IMG/VR virus record: IMGVR_UViG_3300037089_000087
Location: 1 to 59,649 of that record
Source of the DNA: a virus
Lineage: Duplodnaviria; Caudoviricetes
DNA length: 59,649 nucleotides
Strand: one strand, 5' to 3'
Shown: one piece after another, positions 38,701 to 46,499 of the stretch
Position numbering within the stretch: position 1 is the stretch's first letter
Layout of the letters: each line of letters starts with the position of its first letter
The notes under the pieces: generated by a model
Databases searched by the model: none
Told to the model about the DNA's origin: nothing
What the model saw: only the letters and a program-made list of their open reading frames with translations
Program-made: the position numbers and the translations under genes

Positions 38701-38774
38701 TCTTTTGTAGGTGGCTTATCGTAAGATTCACCAAGAGGCTTATATTCAAACTGATTGTCAGTAGGTTCTGCCAT
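26733..38774 (-). CDS. Giant (4013 aa) polyvalent internal virion/ejection protein
   Basis: Follows the ejection genes; GNAT-like (RKGYATEL), ParB-like (IVLDGQHRL), zincin-like HELYH and HEIGH motifs, GrpE-like segment, Pro/Glu-rich linkers. Confidence 0.8.
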   Translation of the reverse strand: MAEPTDNQFEYKPLGESYDKPPTKEAIPGVTIPKSTSTLPDSGNAGGLASSSPSTPQYDYKPLTESYDKPPTPSSQSGSTLPSQKSQKTLPPEKPGIFKQAWEGTKEVGRELVKGQQGLSHMLYSIPEAVADAFVPEKHQQTLPDTSRPEIPERKDWGTRQDGSKKGNGWLGVLNRPDGKGVMTEFTVGTNINDKEMEIPTLVPGLSKEQVDYILNSKDGDKNLFRTPMGQSIMDKAIAHAEGRVKEGKSPFSDETSVGEKPEESFMEKFAKNIRGTQEAIEGINKLPELQPTEYSDVSKHPISASLAGGAGILPQLAPFALGPIGQAIGMTAFALSGYKETHDKVYKSQLASGKSPEEAKQNAMIAGGITGAVYAFGGKYLSKGQGIASGLFRKALGKGAFTAEEVFTNAAGSEMAKGFAKSFGVGLGTTMAALAAYGTIPVAVERAFGVTGPEEPTVWEALKSTIPSSVGLTIISSIFGLAARTKPFSDPRPNLKGKDAENYAKQRMAAVNAVALQLKKIDPKMAENFRWNSIAAINEGKPINLSAESLREPTAQPEPTGEPSAPTPPEQTLPLTQDQRALDSQFFHEPLGSPEDELVQGKREEYKNDLEDFGKAVSESPAKPEDIPAMTAQDFKKANDQATADRHAEVMQKLDLAKAGGLESPRPIISLPAIVPGGPAVDLTKMPTEANVLPPTDGSGGAPTDLTMPTPAPTTPTAPEMPQKPSGETLPPSVKPQTPEDIVKQTLQDEMSRPEVPAEQEPTAQPVAEPPVEAPVAPEVPVAPEPSPEPSAPKVSDKEKRVKAVPQGMQIGIEALQDALHQASSGEVATRITNLERRISKKPELETEAVKKLIQEAKDYLKSKGLEIQDVVKEGDAFDYGLTVKAEFQLTDSDIIGSEIISKITTQGLMKDGVLVSTPSIMVDADGRTLTYKQKREEIKAGKILYPDEPFVPEKTAEVPPQKESSKVNIVENNSFRGGRRTSVMGPDDTQIVARNANGEDVSFLHYTKHEDGTISVRKVETLESEERKGYATELVKKAVADHGIIRGWTDTTPKGKAFFTKIAKSHPELMTPELAKSLLEPKKEEPTAQVKKEEVTPPVSEPSAPVEPKAEVAPEAPTPKEEAPSKPMTLDEAEDYARKAGYLVGDERLNPDMLSEVQEAIENDKLGMKPANSDIMGIINNAKVKTEEPAGQPRVETATEPETAQAKEEQTAQEQKEPYQMTREEWMKMPKNPKIGQTVTQEQLATHIHEISKDSPYIDPDAKINKSPKDYADHWMPSDTYTLAEVPIDKIDWFGVAGQETKYREEPPKATGPIVVDANNREVGRHKRMYGVAPETIVLDGQHRLHLARQRGDKTILAWVGNHTAKRFGIEPTFQNAEYKSGFEKNLFVPRPFGQTHKDAVMKAVSEGKVVDPEIMKDYPDLAKEPEPAESKERTAQITDEPVYTPPEGFLDNIVPMRSTKNKDKWVLYDKYTISTHGIERTYESAKQAADKANMSFPKPKENPAEETKALTAQVKEPTQAFDALPQRTKDRFNELLESRDAQGMLDLLNDSEVSAGWRFYALVKEFEHQTGKEIPNMKFKRKSALESWASEKPTGEPKSEPKPKTEEPTAPSKPTTGAFYSLPQASKNLFNEAFESGNSDKMFQILHKGNKILRAEFENRTGIKLPKTVWVPKEELEKWSATVEKPTAKPVDITKAKERIEEIDESIKGLNKQAEALKKKQKRSKYGSKLNDEMSKQLSENYDKVRVLSQEAEPLRKEIRSTYLHEVVEQGDEPNRMAAQEILDNQGVSKKTYDAIRNMVKDEIKSYGKIDDDVSSQTEDSVTSMITTSPKSDDANSLKKLVLNQLINRHQDHITDLLSSHIDKSTETYDALHKKFIEPLNDVGAMKTSPEKVTAMVDLQKNVDVERERLIAEDKKKSKLESEKEKARDAAKEEEKTRKYPPTPSATEKPSDVRVMAKKPQEFTIPETPQKLKEDFEAGKWLYVPDGHRDPFTYESSKPKSEENQKQYDKSWEAVLKGTVKKTKNGIRVESQKVRKQEGGEFAPTTYHDFLPIDTTPKTEELAKQEGLTYLGAPGEKVGREGLIAGEMAQEGRRVIRDIAKADPAFAKNPRFTVALISKDDPKAGSWLVYNVSPEASKESKTKRQYKINPSSISNALHAEIEEGNIKDGAIIEMSPGYLEGKAGEIFAAKKGADTKALFSLENKPNIDRAIKILDDTYEKNIRIASAINKLQDMEKRGIISADGSQQAVEMLNGMSRPVMPKSEVLDILRKGSYNVDTGTAGRSIGTEGTRGEGNASPETQVPSASRKVVAGDVQDQRAKRGRTISTGREGVGGENQGMGEGLPMRVDSGAEQVETGTKGTGGRGQAVRAGDEGGRTGEERVGVGREEKGVGEGLDKTLPVLPDTGQTEKDVSGAIGDPRRVMGQGNKMPDSIRANEGKISQDIADLREKSGNPDIEAAREITPTQTAAAEILSKAFSKRIVWVQANSKFDGVAIDASRIYLASHLSDAQSIMKTFGHELYHTIKNEGRVGSDILKTAGETFERDIRTAIPEKTFVRFTDWRNKENIKIGLKEQTPDELWEEYGGYVLGDAIRDPRFYENLQRQSPSSFRKFVDWIVDAFRKMGFISEKVVASNYYEPDKAERLIKSSSDLIKTYLESRPKEITEPKLEEPLYATEADYPEYRKKMIAEIQAKMDAGIPLTVGEKKDFTRYSNQLAKLKAKTGESKTSDIGEGERFSKPKLEEPKLSLATERQWKSILSRQRDIEGLQPAIKNTDTGDIQSSKFGDTHEDLRRNAPKGQKYISGFIDRNGDFFSRDEAEKKWGIRGSEDIYNALYINNPNERTDFTPEEEKVNAHDARVFYSLFGHEFDPDKRPDIPAKDIVDHAKDALAKTEHLYMPGFEIAKKIGKGVSQFVKTLIAPTTISPEHTKAAREISIRIGERNRREDVAYAQIHGELGKFEDSAKHPYGFFSKIGVGDESKGLNNPGILFESDVSQGRLAQLTNAEINERYGTTGLQANMIRKAEKVTKDALQEALDALERAGVPLETLRQFYFPGMHSKDSVRAFNQAMGEYLEAHPGEPKPLGDWEDEEKTVIKNRVDELLKDKKGSDVDHYQYLTKHNLYGKESYKKHKTFDDVMTAREFGLRSVSPNPMDHVALKLAEMNTAIVGHDYINNTARPNGDVKFLGSGKEMPEDWAELNGRVGIVYGPPTMKTVEYVDRNVFEGLSNVVAALGIQHERKWNAGRGKLGWASREEGGQIVTQFATELSVMAHEIGHKLDTKYDLWDKLVAGAEGIGKRGEVTKTASAEKRATIQNELRTLADLSWEGSEASPAYKKQVRKKEEKMAHLLEAYIHAKDRFEEVAPTVFKDFDAFIKSTPEISELADIRQGLSLKALTGEKYLGGFPILGHMIAKKPVAEILNNYMSSSLYNNKLFGDAYKWTMSAANVLNMSQLSVGSFFHAGFTSGEVTVIANSHVIQDLYGVIKGNRTIGDLGTSLSHVPMAIIKTPMDGSRILKEWQNPTVNVPTNVPVSQLTNPVAIIAKAAVLAGGGWRLEQGLKTEQTGKMLQDWYGKHKLRAAMRSPIAFIELSAKPIMEWLVPKQKAGVFGYKVQRLIEMNPNKTLQELVPELRAAWNFVDASMGMVRYDRIFLDNQNKNIVQATVRAPGWSGGTIAQIAGGLKDFSKFLAEWTKTGKMPDKLPDRAAYTMSLLITAAAINGALTYAFTGDLDTSPTSTDWWAFRTGENDEQGRPIRYLLPTYAKDLFAYWRHPTKTLLAKAHPMIGVVSDMIRNTDYYGVEIRHKGDSIIAQGGELGMFTVKQFEPFWMRGLEKSAVAAGEDDTLGGMASTIAKNPLKALAPEIGVMPASAEYLNTPAQNTMRDILQARTPKSEKTQAQADIYNLKRQLRGRLQQTGDTEEIHQAVLDGKITSKEARDIIKSKNVPPLVREFKQLEPEEAITVYELGNEVERKELKPLLNKKMRTALKNKTPDARKRILALYNKMMESLGETT
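31379..31942 (-). CDS. Candidate nested out-of-frame gene (187 aa, charged helical)
   Basis: GAAAGGGG RBS 7 nt before ATG; internal repeat KGWEKD x2; the host frame is Gly/Arg low-complexity here. Confidence 0.55.
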   Translation of the reverse strand: MLTQEQQEGLSGLKALVEKEMPRQRRKFHLPLGKWLREMFKTKEQKEEERLAQEEKAWEERIKGWEKDYRCGWTLVQSRLKQEQKEQEEEDKRYEQAMKEAEQEKRESEWAERRKGWEKDLIRPCPFYRIQDRLKKMSQEPSETPEESWDKGIKCLTPYVQMKERLAKTSQTSEKNQEIQISKPQEK

Positions 38775-38797
38775 GTGTTACCCCTTTGCTTTAAGTG

Positions 38798-40516
38798 CTA
38801 TTGAGGACGAGTTTGAGGCAATGTTTTTTCTCTATCTTCGGAGTCTTGATTTGCGCTTCCCGACTTGCTATTCCTTTCCTCGTCTATTTCCAGTTCAGCC
38901 ATTTCCCTTGCCTCGTTTATCGAAAACCCCAGCTTAGAAAACTTTTGAACTCGTTCTGATAGTGTCTTCTCTTGAGGGTACGCGCTCTTATCTCCAGATA
39001 TACCAGCAGTCCTATTTTCAAGTTGCAGTGTTTTCGATGCATCGGTTAGATTAGTACCCTTGTCCGGAGATGCCGTTGGTGATATTTTCCCACTGGCAGA
39101 CGGTGCTGATTCGCCCAGTGGTTGTGTTTGCAGACCTTGCTGGTGTGGTTTTACAATGACCTGTCGGAATCCACCCTTGTTGTCTGGGTCTGGCTGTCCC
39201 CATACCGCTTCAAATTGTTCCTGTCCATTCTTATCCTTTCCCCTAGGAACGTATCTTACTGTTATATCATCACCGGGAGGTCTCGTACCTTTCGGCACAT
39301 CACCGTAATGCTGGGCTGGCATTGTTTGGTCGGAACCCTTCTGCCTACTATTGTTCATCATATCTTTAAATGCCCGGTCATGAACTGCATATCGCTCTTC
39401 TGCGATTCGTTTCGCCTCAACGTCTGCACCAGCCGCTAATATTGCTTTGTTATCCTCTGCTAGTAAAGCCCTCAGATTATCTGCTTCAGGATGCCTTCTG
39501 GCGAACTCTTCTCGTTCCCTGTCTGCCCTAATCCACTCATTATTACGAGCCGTCTGGGAATCCTTATATCCTATTTCAGATTTTTTAACTGCATTATCAA
39601 GCTCTTGATTAATTTGCGCCATGCTTCTTGGGTTCAGATATTGACTGAGTATTTTCATATTCTCATTACGGCGGTCATCGGCAATTTTCTGTTGGGAAGC
39701 CTGCTCTTGTTCATTGCCACCAAAACCAGCCCATCCCAATTCACCACCCCTCACATTACCTTCTGTAAGGTTTTTCGGGTTGCTAATGTCCATCGGGTTA
39801 CGTCCAATGGCAGACATTTGATTTTTATTGAACTTGTCTATGTCTTTCTTTCCCGTTAGTGGAAGTATTCTCCCACCATCCCCTTCGGGCAGAGTGCCTG
39901 CAAACTTTGTACCCTTCGATATCTGTTCATCGGTCATTCCTGTTCCTGGTAAAACCTTTCCACCTCGGAACGGGTCACCCTTCATCTCACCAAGGACATC
40001 ACCTGAGTCTAGGTTTGTGAAAATCTTTTCTCCGTATTTTCCACGCATGGCTGGGCTAACATCTATAGAGCGTATTCCTGTTTGTTTAATAGGAGATATT
40101 TTCCCAACACCTTTCCCTGGGAGAGCCTGTTCGCTTGCAGAAACATCTTGAGGACTTTTTCTCCAATCACCACCACCACCGCCAGGCTTTTCATTAGCAT
40201 GTAGCTGTCCTTTAGGGTCTGTTGGAACATCTACCGATTCCTGTAGGGTAATAGCATTCTCACTAGGAGATGGCAAACCATGTCGTCCCTTCGTAACACT
40301 TTCCCTATTATCAATTTCAGAAGCCATTTGTCGGTTCTTTCGGAGAGTGCTTGCTGGTACATACGATTGGTCTGTTGGAGGCATAGCGTTTCCCATAGGG
40401 TCAGGACCACCCTGCACATTACTCTTAGTAATATCCGCAGTCTCCTTGGCTGTTCGGTCTATATTCCCCTGAGTTGTAGCCCGAAGTGCTTTTTCGTTTT
40501 CTTCTATAGTTCCCAT
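38798..40516 (-). CDS. Putative internal virion (ejection) protein
   Basis: Hydrophilic, Gly/Gln-rich; lies between tail genes and the giant protein. Confidence 0.6.
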   Translation of the reverse strand: MGTIEENEKALRATTQGNIDRTAKETADITKSNVQGGPDPMGNAMPPTDQSYVPASTLRKNRQMASEIDNRESVTKGRHGLPSPSENAITLQESVDVPTDPKGQLHANEKPGGGGGDWRKSPQDVSASEQALPGKGVGKISPIKQTGIRSIDVSPAMRGKYGEKIFTNLDSGDVLGEMKGDPFRGGKVLPGTGMTDEQISKGTKFAGTLPEGDGGRILPLTGKKDIDKFNKNQMSAIGRNPMDISNPKNLTEGNVRGGELGWAGFGGNEQEQASQQKIADDRRNENMKILSQYLNPRSMAQINQELDNAVKKSEIGYKDSQTARNNEWIRADREREEFARRHPEADNLRALLAEDNKAILAAGADVEAKRIAEERYAVHDRAFKDMMNNSRQKGSDQTMPAQHYGDVPKGTRPPGDDITVRYVPRGKDKNGQEQFEAVWGQPDPDNKGGFRQVIVKPHQQGLQTQPLGESAPSASGKISPTASPDKGTNLTDASKTLQLENRTAGISGDKSAYPQEKTLSERVQKFSKLGFSINEAREMAELEIDEERNSKSGSANQDSEDREKTLPQTRPQ

Positions 40517-40528
40517 GGTGTTATCCCC

Positions 40529-41788
40529 CTACGGTCCTGCTGTGTACGGCTGAGTCTGCCCAACAGTTGCAGAATCAGACATATGAACCAGAGTATTTAT
40601 TGCGTTCAATGCGCCAGCGATGGTCTGTGACCAAATCTGACCACCAGCGGTTGCCGCATGTATTTGAATTTGGGCGAGTTCGATGTATGCCTGTAGGTTT
40701 GCCTTTGCAGCCTCCAAAGCCATCTTTAAATTGTCTTCCTGCTCTTGCAAAACATATTCCTGTTGCTTCTCTAGGATGCGACCCTTCGCTTCACTGAGTC
40801 CCAAGTCTGCGCTGTATTTCTGAATGTCAACGCCGTACACATGGGCGAGAGTCTTGATTTTTTCTAGGATAGCATCAACATTCGTTCTGTAAAGAGTTAT
40901 GTTGCCCAAAAACACTTGAAGCTGAAGACTTTCAACCTGAGTTTGTATACGAGCCGTCTCGAAACTGACATCCATCTGCATTTTGATTGCGGCAAGATAT
41001 GCGTTATACCGTAACACATACGCATTATAGATAGCTATGCCGAGTTCCGTTACCGAACGTGCCGCCTGCAACGCACGGTTCTCGATAGCCTCGAAGTGGG
41101 CAAGCATCATACTCTCGTACTGAAGGCTCGTTGTTAATGAAAACTGATTGTTCTGAAATGAGGACTCGAACTGTTTTATGAATATAGCAAGCGATGTGTC
41201 TTGCTTCTTGTCGTAATATTCCATGAGTGCTTTATCAACAGTTGCCTTCAGAGAGCCTTGTGGTAAATCCCACCCGAACGCAGCAGATGCGTCAGCAAGT
41301 TTCTCAATCTCCAACTGCATCATTTTCTCTTCACGAACCAAATTACGGCTCATCATATCAGCTTCCCAATTCGGGTCAAGACCATCAGAACCGTACAGAA
41401 CGTAATTTATGAGCTTCGCAACCATTGCGGCATTAAGCGGAGAAACGTAATCTCTCTCCGCATAGCTGAACGCCCCAATTTGAGGAAGTGAAATCGGGTC
41501 GATTGTCGGTATGGTTGCAATCTCAATGGGGGCTACCTGAAACGGTGCTGGCTCATCAGGAAGCGAGAAGTCCATGTCTGGACGTGTTGGTTGGGGAGCA
41601 TTAACATCTATGGGGGACGGATAATAGTATCCCTGAAGCGTTGGCACATAAGGCAGAACAAGTCCGTTTACTATAGCCTTTAGTCCATCAAGAAAACCCT
41701 GAACTTCTGTGATTGACCTGTCAACGAGGTTCCCAGTATTCGTATATTGTTTTTGTACTGCCTGCTGTACTTGGTCTAAAGTTGGCAT
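40529..41788 (-). CDS. Putative virion ejection/pilot protein
   Basis: Helical Ala/Gln-rich C-terminal half; FGWDLPQG motif; late-operon position. Confidence 0.6.
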   Translation of the reverse strand: MPTLDQVQQAVQKQYTNTGNLVDRSITEVQGFLDGLKAIVNGLVLPYVPTLQGYYYPSPIDVNAPQPTRPDMDFSLPDEPAPFQVAPIEIATIPTIDPISLPQIGAFSYAERDYVSPLNAAMVAKLINYVLYGSDGLDPNWEADMMSRNLVREEKMMQLEIEKLADASAAFGWDLPQGSLKATVDKALMEYYDKKQDTSLAIFIKQFESSFQNNQFSLTTSLQYESMMLAHFEAIENRALQAARSVTELGIAIYNAYVLRYNAYLAAIKMQMDVSFETARIQTQVESLQLQVFLGNITLYRTNVDAILEKIKTLAHVYGVDIQKYSADLGLSEAKGRILEKQQEYVLQEQEDNLKMALEAAKANLQAYIELAQIQIHAATAGGQIWSQTIAGALNAINTLVHMSDSATVGQTQPYTAGP

Positions 41789-41792
41789 AGTA

Positions 41793-43214
41793 TTACCTCA
41801 CCCTTTGCGGTTGAGCCGTTGAAATCACTGACAATTCCTCAATCGATATATCCGAACCGTCAAGATTGGTTATTTCATAACTTGCGAATCTGTCCCTCAT
41901 GTTCTTCGGTGCCTTCACGCGGTATGCTTTCAGTCTGCCAATCACGTCTTCGATAGTGTAAAGGAAATCACCTTGAGATTCTTGAATGATTTTTACAGCT
42001 ACTTTACCGGATATTTTACCGCTCAAATATGCATCGACAATCCTTGATACGACCCGTTTATGCAGGTCTATCTGAGCAAAGCGAACTGTTCCGTGAATCT
42101 TTGAACCTGTATCTGTTGAGCCGTCCAGACGTACAAGACCAGAAGGTCCGACAGCGTAGTACTTCCCTCCGAGTTCCGCAATGCTGTCGAAGTTGTAGTT
42201 GTTATATTCCGTGACGGCGAAGTTGTCCGTGTTAAGAACTATCGTTATAAAGTTACTGCCAACTTGCTGTGTCAGATATGCCTCGAACCGTATTTTTGGC
42301 ATCGAAGCAGCAAGAGAATATAGAACATCTTCAGCAAGAGTAGCCTGCATCGTAAGTAACGGAAGAGTTCCAGCCATCTCCATGCCGAAAAGAATATCCA
42401 GCGTAGATGCCATTGAAATTCGTGGCAATACGCTTTTCATCGAGTAAACAAGACCGTTAATCTCTGTCGCACTCATTCCTATTTTCGGAAGCGTGGCAAC
42501 CAGAGTGAACTCTTGGCTCTCATGTATTGTTGCGGTCATCGTTATCTTCGGAAGTGAGCCAGTAAGAAGCAACGAGCGAGATACTATTGTCGCGGTAAAT
42601 TGTATTTTCGGAAGAGATGCGATGAGAGAATTTGTTGGGAATGGCTTGACAAATTTATACCAATGGTTATATCCGTCCACATCAACATAAAAATACAGCT
42701 CATCAATAAAGCAATCGGTTGGACCATTAAATAGACTTCCAGATACGGACGATATAAGAGCATACGGAGATACTTTTTGAAATACTTGGACTCTGTTGTT
42801 CCCATGGTCTACAACGTATAAAAAGTTTTCATCAACCGCAATTCCCATAGGGGAGCTAAATCCTGTTGTAGTACCGAAGCTCCCAAATTGGTCAACGTAG
42901 TTTCCAGACATGTCAAATAGCTGGACTCTATTGTTTCCTGTATCGGTTACGTAAACGAAATTTCCATCAGTCGTGACATCGTAAGGCGATATAAACTGAC
43001 CGTTTCCACTTCCATACGAACCAAAGGAAAACTGGAAGTTTCCATACCAGTCGAAGACATTGACTCTGTTGTTTCCAGAGTCAACGATATACACATAAGG
43101 AGAGAGCGTTCCACCTATATCGTTTTGCTCTATAAATGTACCATCCGATATAAGAACGGGAAACCCAGCGTTCAGCGTATTAATATCTTGTAATGGAGTT
43201 GATGAAAAGTCCAT
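41793..43214 (-). CDS. Virion protein with NHL beta-propeller repeats
   Basis: YIVDSGNNRV / YVTDTGNNRV / YVVDHGNNRV and FxxPxG/D repeats; LPKI repeats. Confidence 0.8.
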   Translation of the reverse strand: MDFSSTPLQDINTLNAGFPVLISDGTFIEQNDIGGTLSPYVYIVDSGNNRVNVFDWYGNFQFSFGSYGSGNGQFISPYDVTTDGNFVYVTDTGNNRVQLFDMSGNYVDQFGSFGTTTGFSSPMGIAVDENFLYVVDHGNNRVQVFQKVSPYALISSVSGSLFNGPTDCFIDELYFYVDVDGYNHWYKFVKPFPTNSLIASLPKIQFTATIVSRSLLLTGSLPKITMTATIHESQEFTLVATLPKIGMSATEINGLVYSMKSVLPRISMASTLDILFGMEMAGTLPLLTMQATLAEDVLYSLAASMPKIRFEAYLTQQVGSNFITIVLNTDNFAVTEYNNYNFDSIAELGGKYYAVGPSGLVRLDGSTDTGSKIHGTVRFAQIDLHKRVVSRIVDAYLSGKISGKVAVKIIQESQGDFLYTIEDVIGRLKAYRVKAPKNMRDRFASYEITNLDGSDISIEELSVISTAQPQRVR

Positions 43215-43223
43215 TGTATCTCC

Positions 43224-44165
43224 CTACGCATCTAGTAGTGTACCGCCAGCAACGGTAATGGTAGTCCCAGCTACAGCCGTCTGGTCTACACCAAAATTGA
43301 GGTTGCCAACTATTGTCTGGTCTGACGTTGCAAGGTCAACGATAATCATTGATGCCGTGGGACCGATTGAACCAACAGCCGCCGTCCAAACTATGTTCGG
43401 AATGGCAATCTTGCCATAATTATGAACATCGTCTTCGGTTAATATTGGAACTCCAGATAGCAACCCCCACGTACTATACCCATTCCCGCTAGCAAGTTCA
43501 TCAGTAGTGGTGAATGTTACTACATTGGTACTCTCTACCGCATTTGTCAGGACATTGGCGGTTAAGACTATCTGCGTATCAGACACAGATAAAATTTGTG
43601 CGGTGATATTGTTTGCGCCAACCGCAAACCCTGAGAATGTAATGGAGTTTCCAGCAACAAATCCAGCGGCTACAAACGCTCCAGTATTCAGTGCAATCGT
43701 ATTCAGACCAGTAATGGTAATGGTATTGCCTGATGATGTAATCGATAATACATTCTTAAAGTTAATAAGTTTCTTATATGTTGCCGGATTAAAAATAAAT
43801 CCAGACCGTGTGAGCATACATTGAAGAATAGATGTTCCTATGGTGTCTGTTGCCTCTACGCCAGCCGTAAAGGTAGGGGCTACTCCAGTAGGAAGTACCA
43901 CATACAAGGTGACCGTGGAAATGCCTATAATAATGAACGGACCTTTATTCCCAGCGTTTCCAGAGTTCGTAAACACCCTATCGCCAATCGCTGCTCCAGC
44001 CGTGGCAAAGTTTGCGCTAGAGACAATGGTGCTACATGCTACTCCAGCAAGGGTTTGACTGTTGGCAAATGTCAAGCTCCCAGATGGAACCTGCCAGCGA
44101 AAGTTAATTTGCCCTAAGTTCTTCATATATTTGTAATAATTAGAGAGAGTCCCAGAGATAGGCAT
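43224..44165 (-). CDS. Virion structural protein
   Basis: Thr/Gly-rich beta protein with ELASGNGY motif in the tail module. Confidence 0.6.
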   Translation of the reverse strand: MPISGTLSNYYKYMKNLGQINFRWQVPSGSLTFANSQTLAGVACSTIVSSANFATAGAAIGDRVFTNSGNAGNKGPFIIIGISTVTLYVVLPTGVAPTFTAGVEATDTIGTSILQCMLTRSGFIFNPATYKKLINFKNVLSITSSGNTITITGLNTIALNTGAFVAAGFVAGNSITFSGFAVGANNITAQILSVSDTQIVLTANVLTNAVESTNVVTFTTTDELASGNGYSTWGLLSGVPILTEDDVHNYGKIAIPNIVWTAAVGSIGPTASMIIVDLATSDQTIVGNLNFGVDQTAVAGTTITVAGGTLLDA

Positions 44166-44174
44166 AATATCCTC

Positions 44175-45206
44175 CTAAAACGATATCGTATTGATGCACA
44201 TGCGGGTTGGATTATTGAATTTACCTTCACCAGCACCCTGACCGCCAAAGAACGAGTGCAGTGCGGGCGACAAATCATAGATAAGGACTTTATCATATAT
44301 GCTGTCAATAAAATAAGTAAAAAAATCTCCTACATATGTTGTCGATGATTCTGCAACGTAAATCTGGATGCTTGCTGTTGATGAGCCGTATGAGTTCGTT
44401 ACTGTCAGAGTGATTGTATAAAGACCTGCGTTCAAATAGGTAAATGTCGGAGATGAAGAAGATGATGTTTGACCGTCACTCGACACCCATGAATATCCCA
44501 CGCTAGAAGTCGATAGGGATGCGGAAAGCACCACCGACATAGATATAAGTCCGGCATAGACAGATGATGATATACCGACCGCTGGCTGGTTGTCTGCTGG
44601 CAATGCGTCTGAAGCAGCTACAATAATAGTAGCAGATGACGAAGATGAACGCCCAACCGCATCCGAAACAGTCAGAGTAATAACATGGACACCAGTAGTA
44701 AATGGCACATTGACTGGATTTTGGAGAGTGGCAAACGCAACGCCATTTTCAGACCATACCCAATCGATTGGGTTGTTGACAGAGGTATCGGTAAAAGATA
44801 CCAAAAGCGTTGATAGTCCAATCATCGGCGAAGCAGTAAAACTCGCCATTGGGGGAGCTAATGGAGTGCCAGAGGAAGCCTGCTGGACATCAACAGAAAT
44901 TGATTGCGATGTGTTTTGGCTACCAAGCTCGTTGATGGCGGTAAATTTTATTGTATAGTTTCCCGGTACAGAGTATGTATGAGATGGAGTTGCTATATTA
45001 GACGTTGTGGTATCATATATATCCCCAAAATCCCAAAACCACGCATTCGGTGCATTCGTTGATATATCGGTAAAGTTAATTTTTAACGGATTGCCGCCAT
45101 CAACAACATACGAAAAGTTGGCGACTGGGACTCCCGCTATTTGAGTACCCGGAGCATCGGATATTTGAGGAATTTGTATGCTTCCGTCTTTTTTCAAAAT
45201 GGGCAT
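44175..45206 (-). CDS. PKD-domain virion protein
   Basis: FTDISTN..WFWDFGD..PSHTYSVPGNYTI; three PKD-like repeats. Confidence 0.85.
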   Translation of the reverse strand: MPILKKDGSIQIPQISDAPGTQIAGVPVANFSYVVDGGNPLKINFTDISTNAPNAWFWDFGDIYDTTTSNIATPSHTYSVPGNYTIKFTAINELGSQNTSQSISVDVQQASSGTPLAPPMASFTASPMIGLSTLLVSFTDTSVNNPIDWVWSENGVAFATLQNPVNVPFTTGVHVITLTVSDAVGRSSSSSATIIVAASDALPADNQPAVGISSSVYAGLISMSVVLSASLSTSSVGYSWVSSDGQTSSSSSPTFTYLNAGLYTITLTVTNSYGSSTASIQIYVAESSTTYVGDFFTYFIDSIYDKVLIYDLSPALHSFFGGQGAGEGKFNNPTRMCINTISF

Positions 45207-45221
45207 TCTTATCTCCAGAAA

Positions 45222-46499
45222 TTACGGGTATGTGCTTATAGTATCGCTTTCCGACAATACAGCCTTTGCGAACAACGGAGGTGTTGGATGAATAGTAGAC
45301 GTATAGAGAAGCGTTGACGAATCCGACCACCCGATAAAATTTCCACCCATGTCTGTTACTATTGACCAGCTTCGGAATTCAACTAACCCATTCGCATTGA
45401 CGGCAATAGATACCGCTAGTGTATTATCCCAATTTGTGATGCTAAGTTTTAACCCGCTTGGGTCGAAAATATTAAGATTTTGAGTTGTTGGTGGAGCTCC
45501 AGAAATATAATCTTGTTGCCATTGCGACACGTAATATTGCAATCCAGAACCGTTTGCTAATCCAAAAGTTGCTGGGTATGGGAAACATGGAGCACCAGTT
45601 GAGCCACCAGTAGGATAAACACCAATACCACCACTGGGAAATCCTATAATCCCCACCCCATTACCTAATGAGGAAATTTGCTCCACAGATTCTGCACTTG
45701 CGGCATTTGGCTGGAATACATGTAATCCACCAACAGTCGAGTATGGTACATTATGAGCTTCTATATTATACGTCTCTCCTTTCAATGTAAAGATTTGAGC
45801 ATACGTAAAATCTTCCCATGTAATAGGAGACCACGATGAAGTTGGCGGTTCTACAAGAATGGTTTGGATTGCCTTGAGTCCATTGTCTGTTCCCATGGTG
45901 ATAACATACTCGCCGGGTCCAGAATAAAAATGGACAACATTACTTCCCGTATCAGTAGAGCCATCTCCAAAATCCCACGCTGTAACTGTAGGAACGAAAT
46001 TTGACGTGTTGTTGCAGGATACAGCAAGTCCTGATTGGGCTACATAACAAGATGCCATTGGCGGTCCCAAGGTCGGCACAGTTATGATGTTAGATGTTAC
46101 CGATGTTTTACCAGCACCAGTTGCGGTAAGAGACACCACATATTGAGTTGCGTAAGTATGGTAGGGATATTGATGATTAGGATTTTGAGCGTTGGATGTA
46201 GCACTTCCGTCACCAAAATTCCACACATATGAAGAACAGTTCACCGACTGATTTTTGAATACAACCATGCCTGATGGAAATGCTGTATATGAAAATCCTG
46301 ATTCTGGGGTAATAACGATTGGTTTTGGTACATATAGAGGCGGTGGAGATATAAATGGCCCAACCAGAGTGTCTTGTCCTCCACCTTCGTAAGATAAAAC
46401 CCAACCATAAATAGGATTATTATTCGAGTCATATCCTATGACTTCCCAAGCAAGGATTGGATTAACGTTCACAGCGGTAACTGTATAGCTGATTCCCAT
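45222..46499 (-). CDS. PKD-domain virion protein
   Basis: YVWNFGDGS..NPNHQY and AWDFGDGS..HFYSGPGEY. Confidence 0.85.
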   Translation of the reverse strand: MGISYTVTAVNVNPILAWEVIGYDSNNNPIYGWVLSYEGGGQDTLVGPFISPPPLYVPKPIVITPESGFSYTAFPSGMVVFKNQSVNCSSYVWNFGDGSATSNAQNPNHQYPYHTYATQYVVSLTATGAGKTSVTSNIITVPTLGPPMASCYVAQSGLAVSCNNTSNFVPTVTAWDFGDGSTDTGSNVVHFYSGPGEYVITMGTDNGLKAIQTILVEPPTSSWSPITWEDFTYAQIFTLKGETYNIEAHNVPYSTVGGLHVFQPNAASAESVEQISSLGNGVGIIGFPSGGIGVYPTGGSTGAPCFPYPATFGLANGSGLQYYVSQWQQDYISGAPPTTQNLNIFDPSGLKLSITNWDNTLAVSIAVNANGLVEFRSWSIVTDMGGNFIGWSDSSTLLYTSTIHPTPPLFAKAVLSESDTISTYP

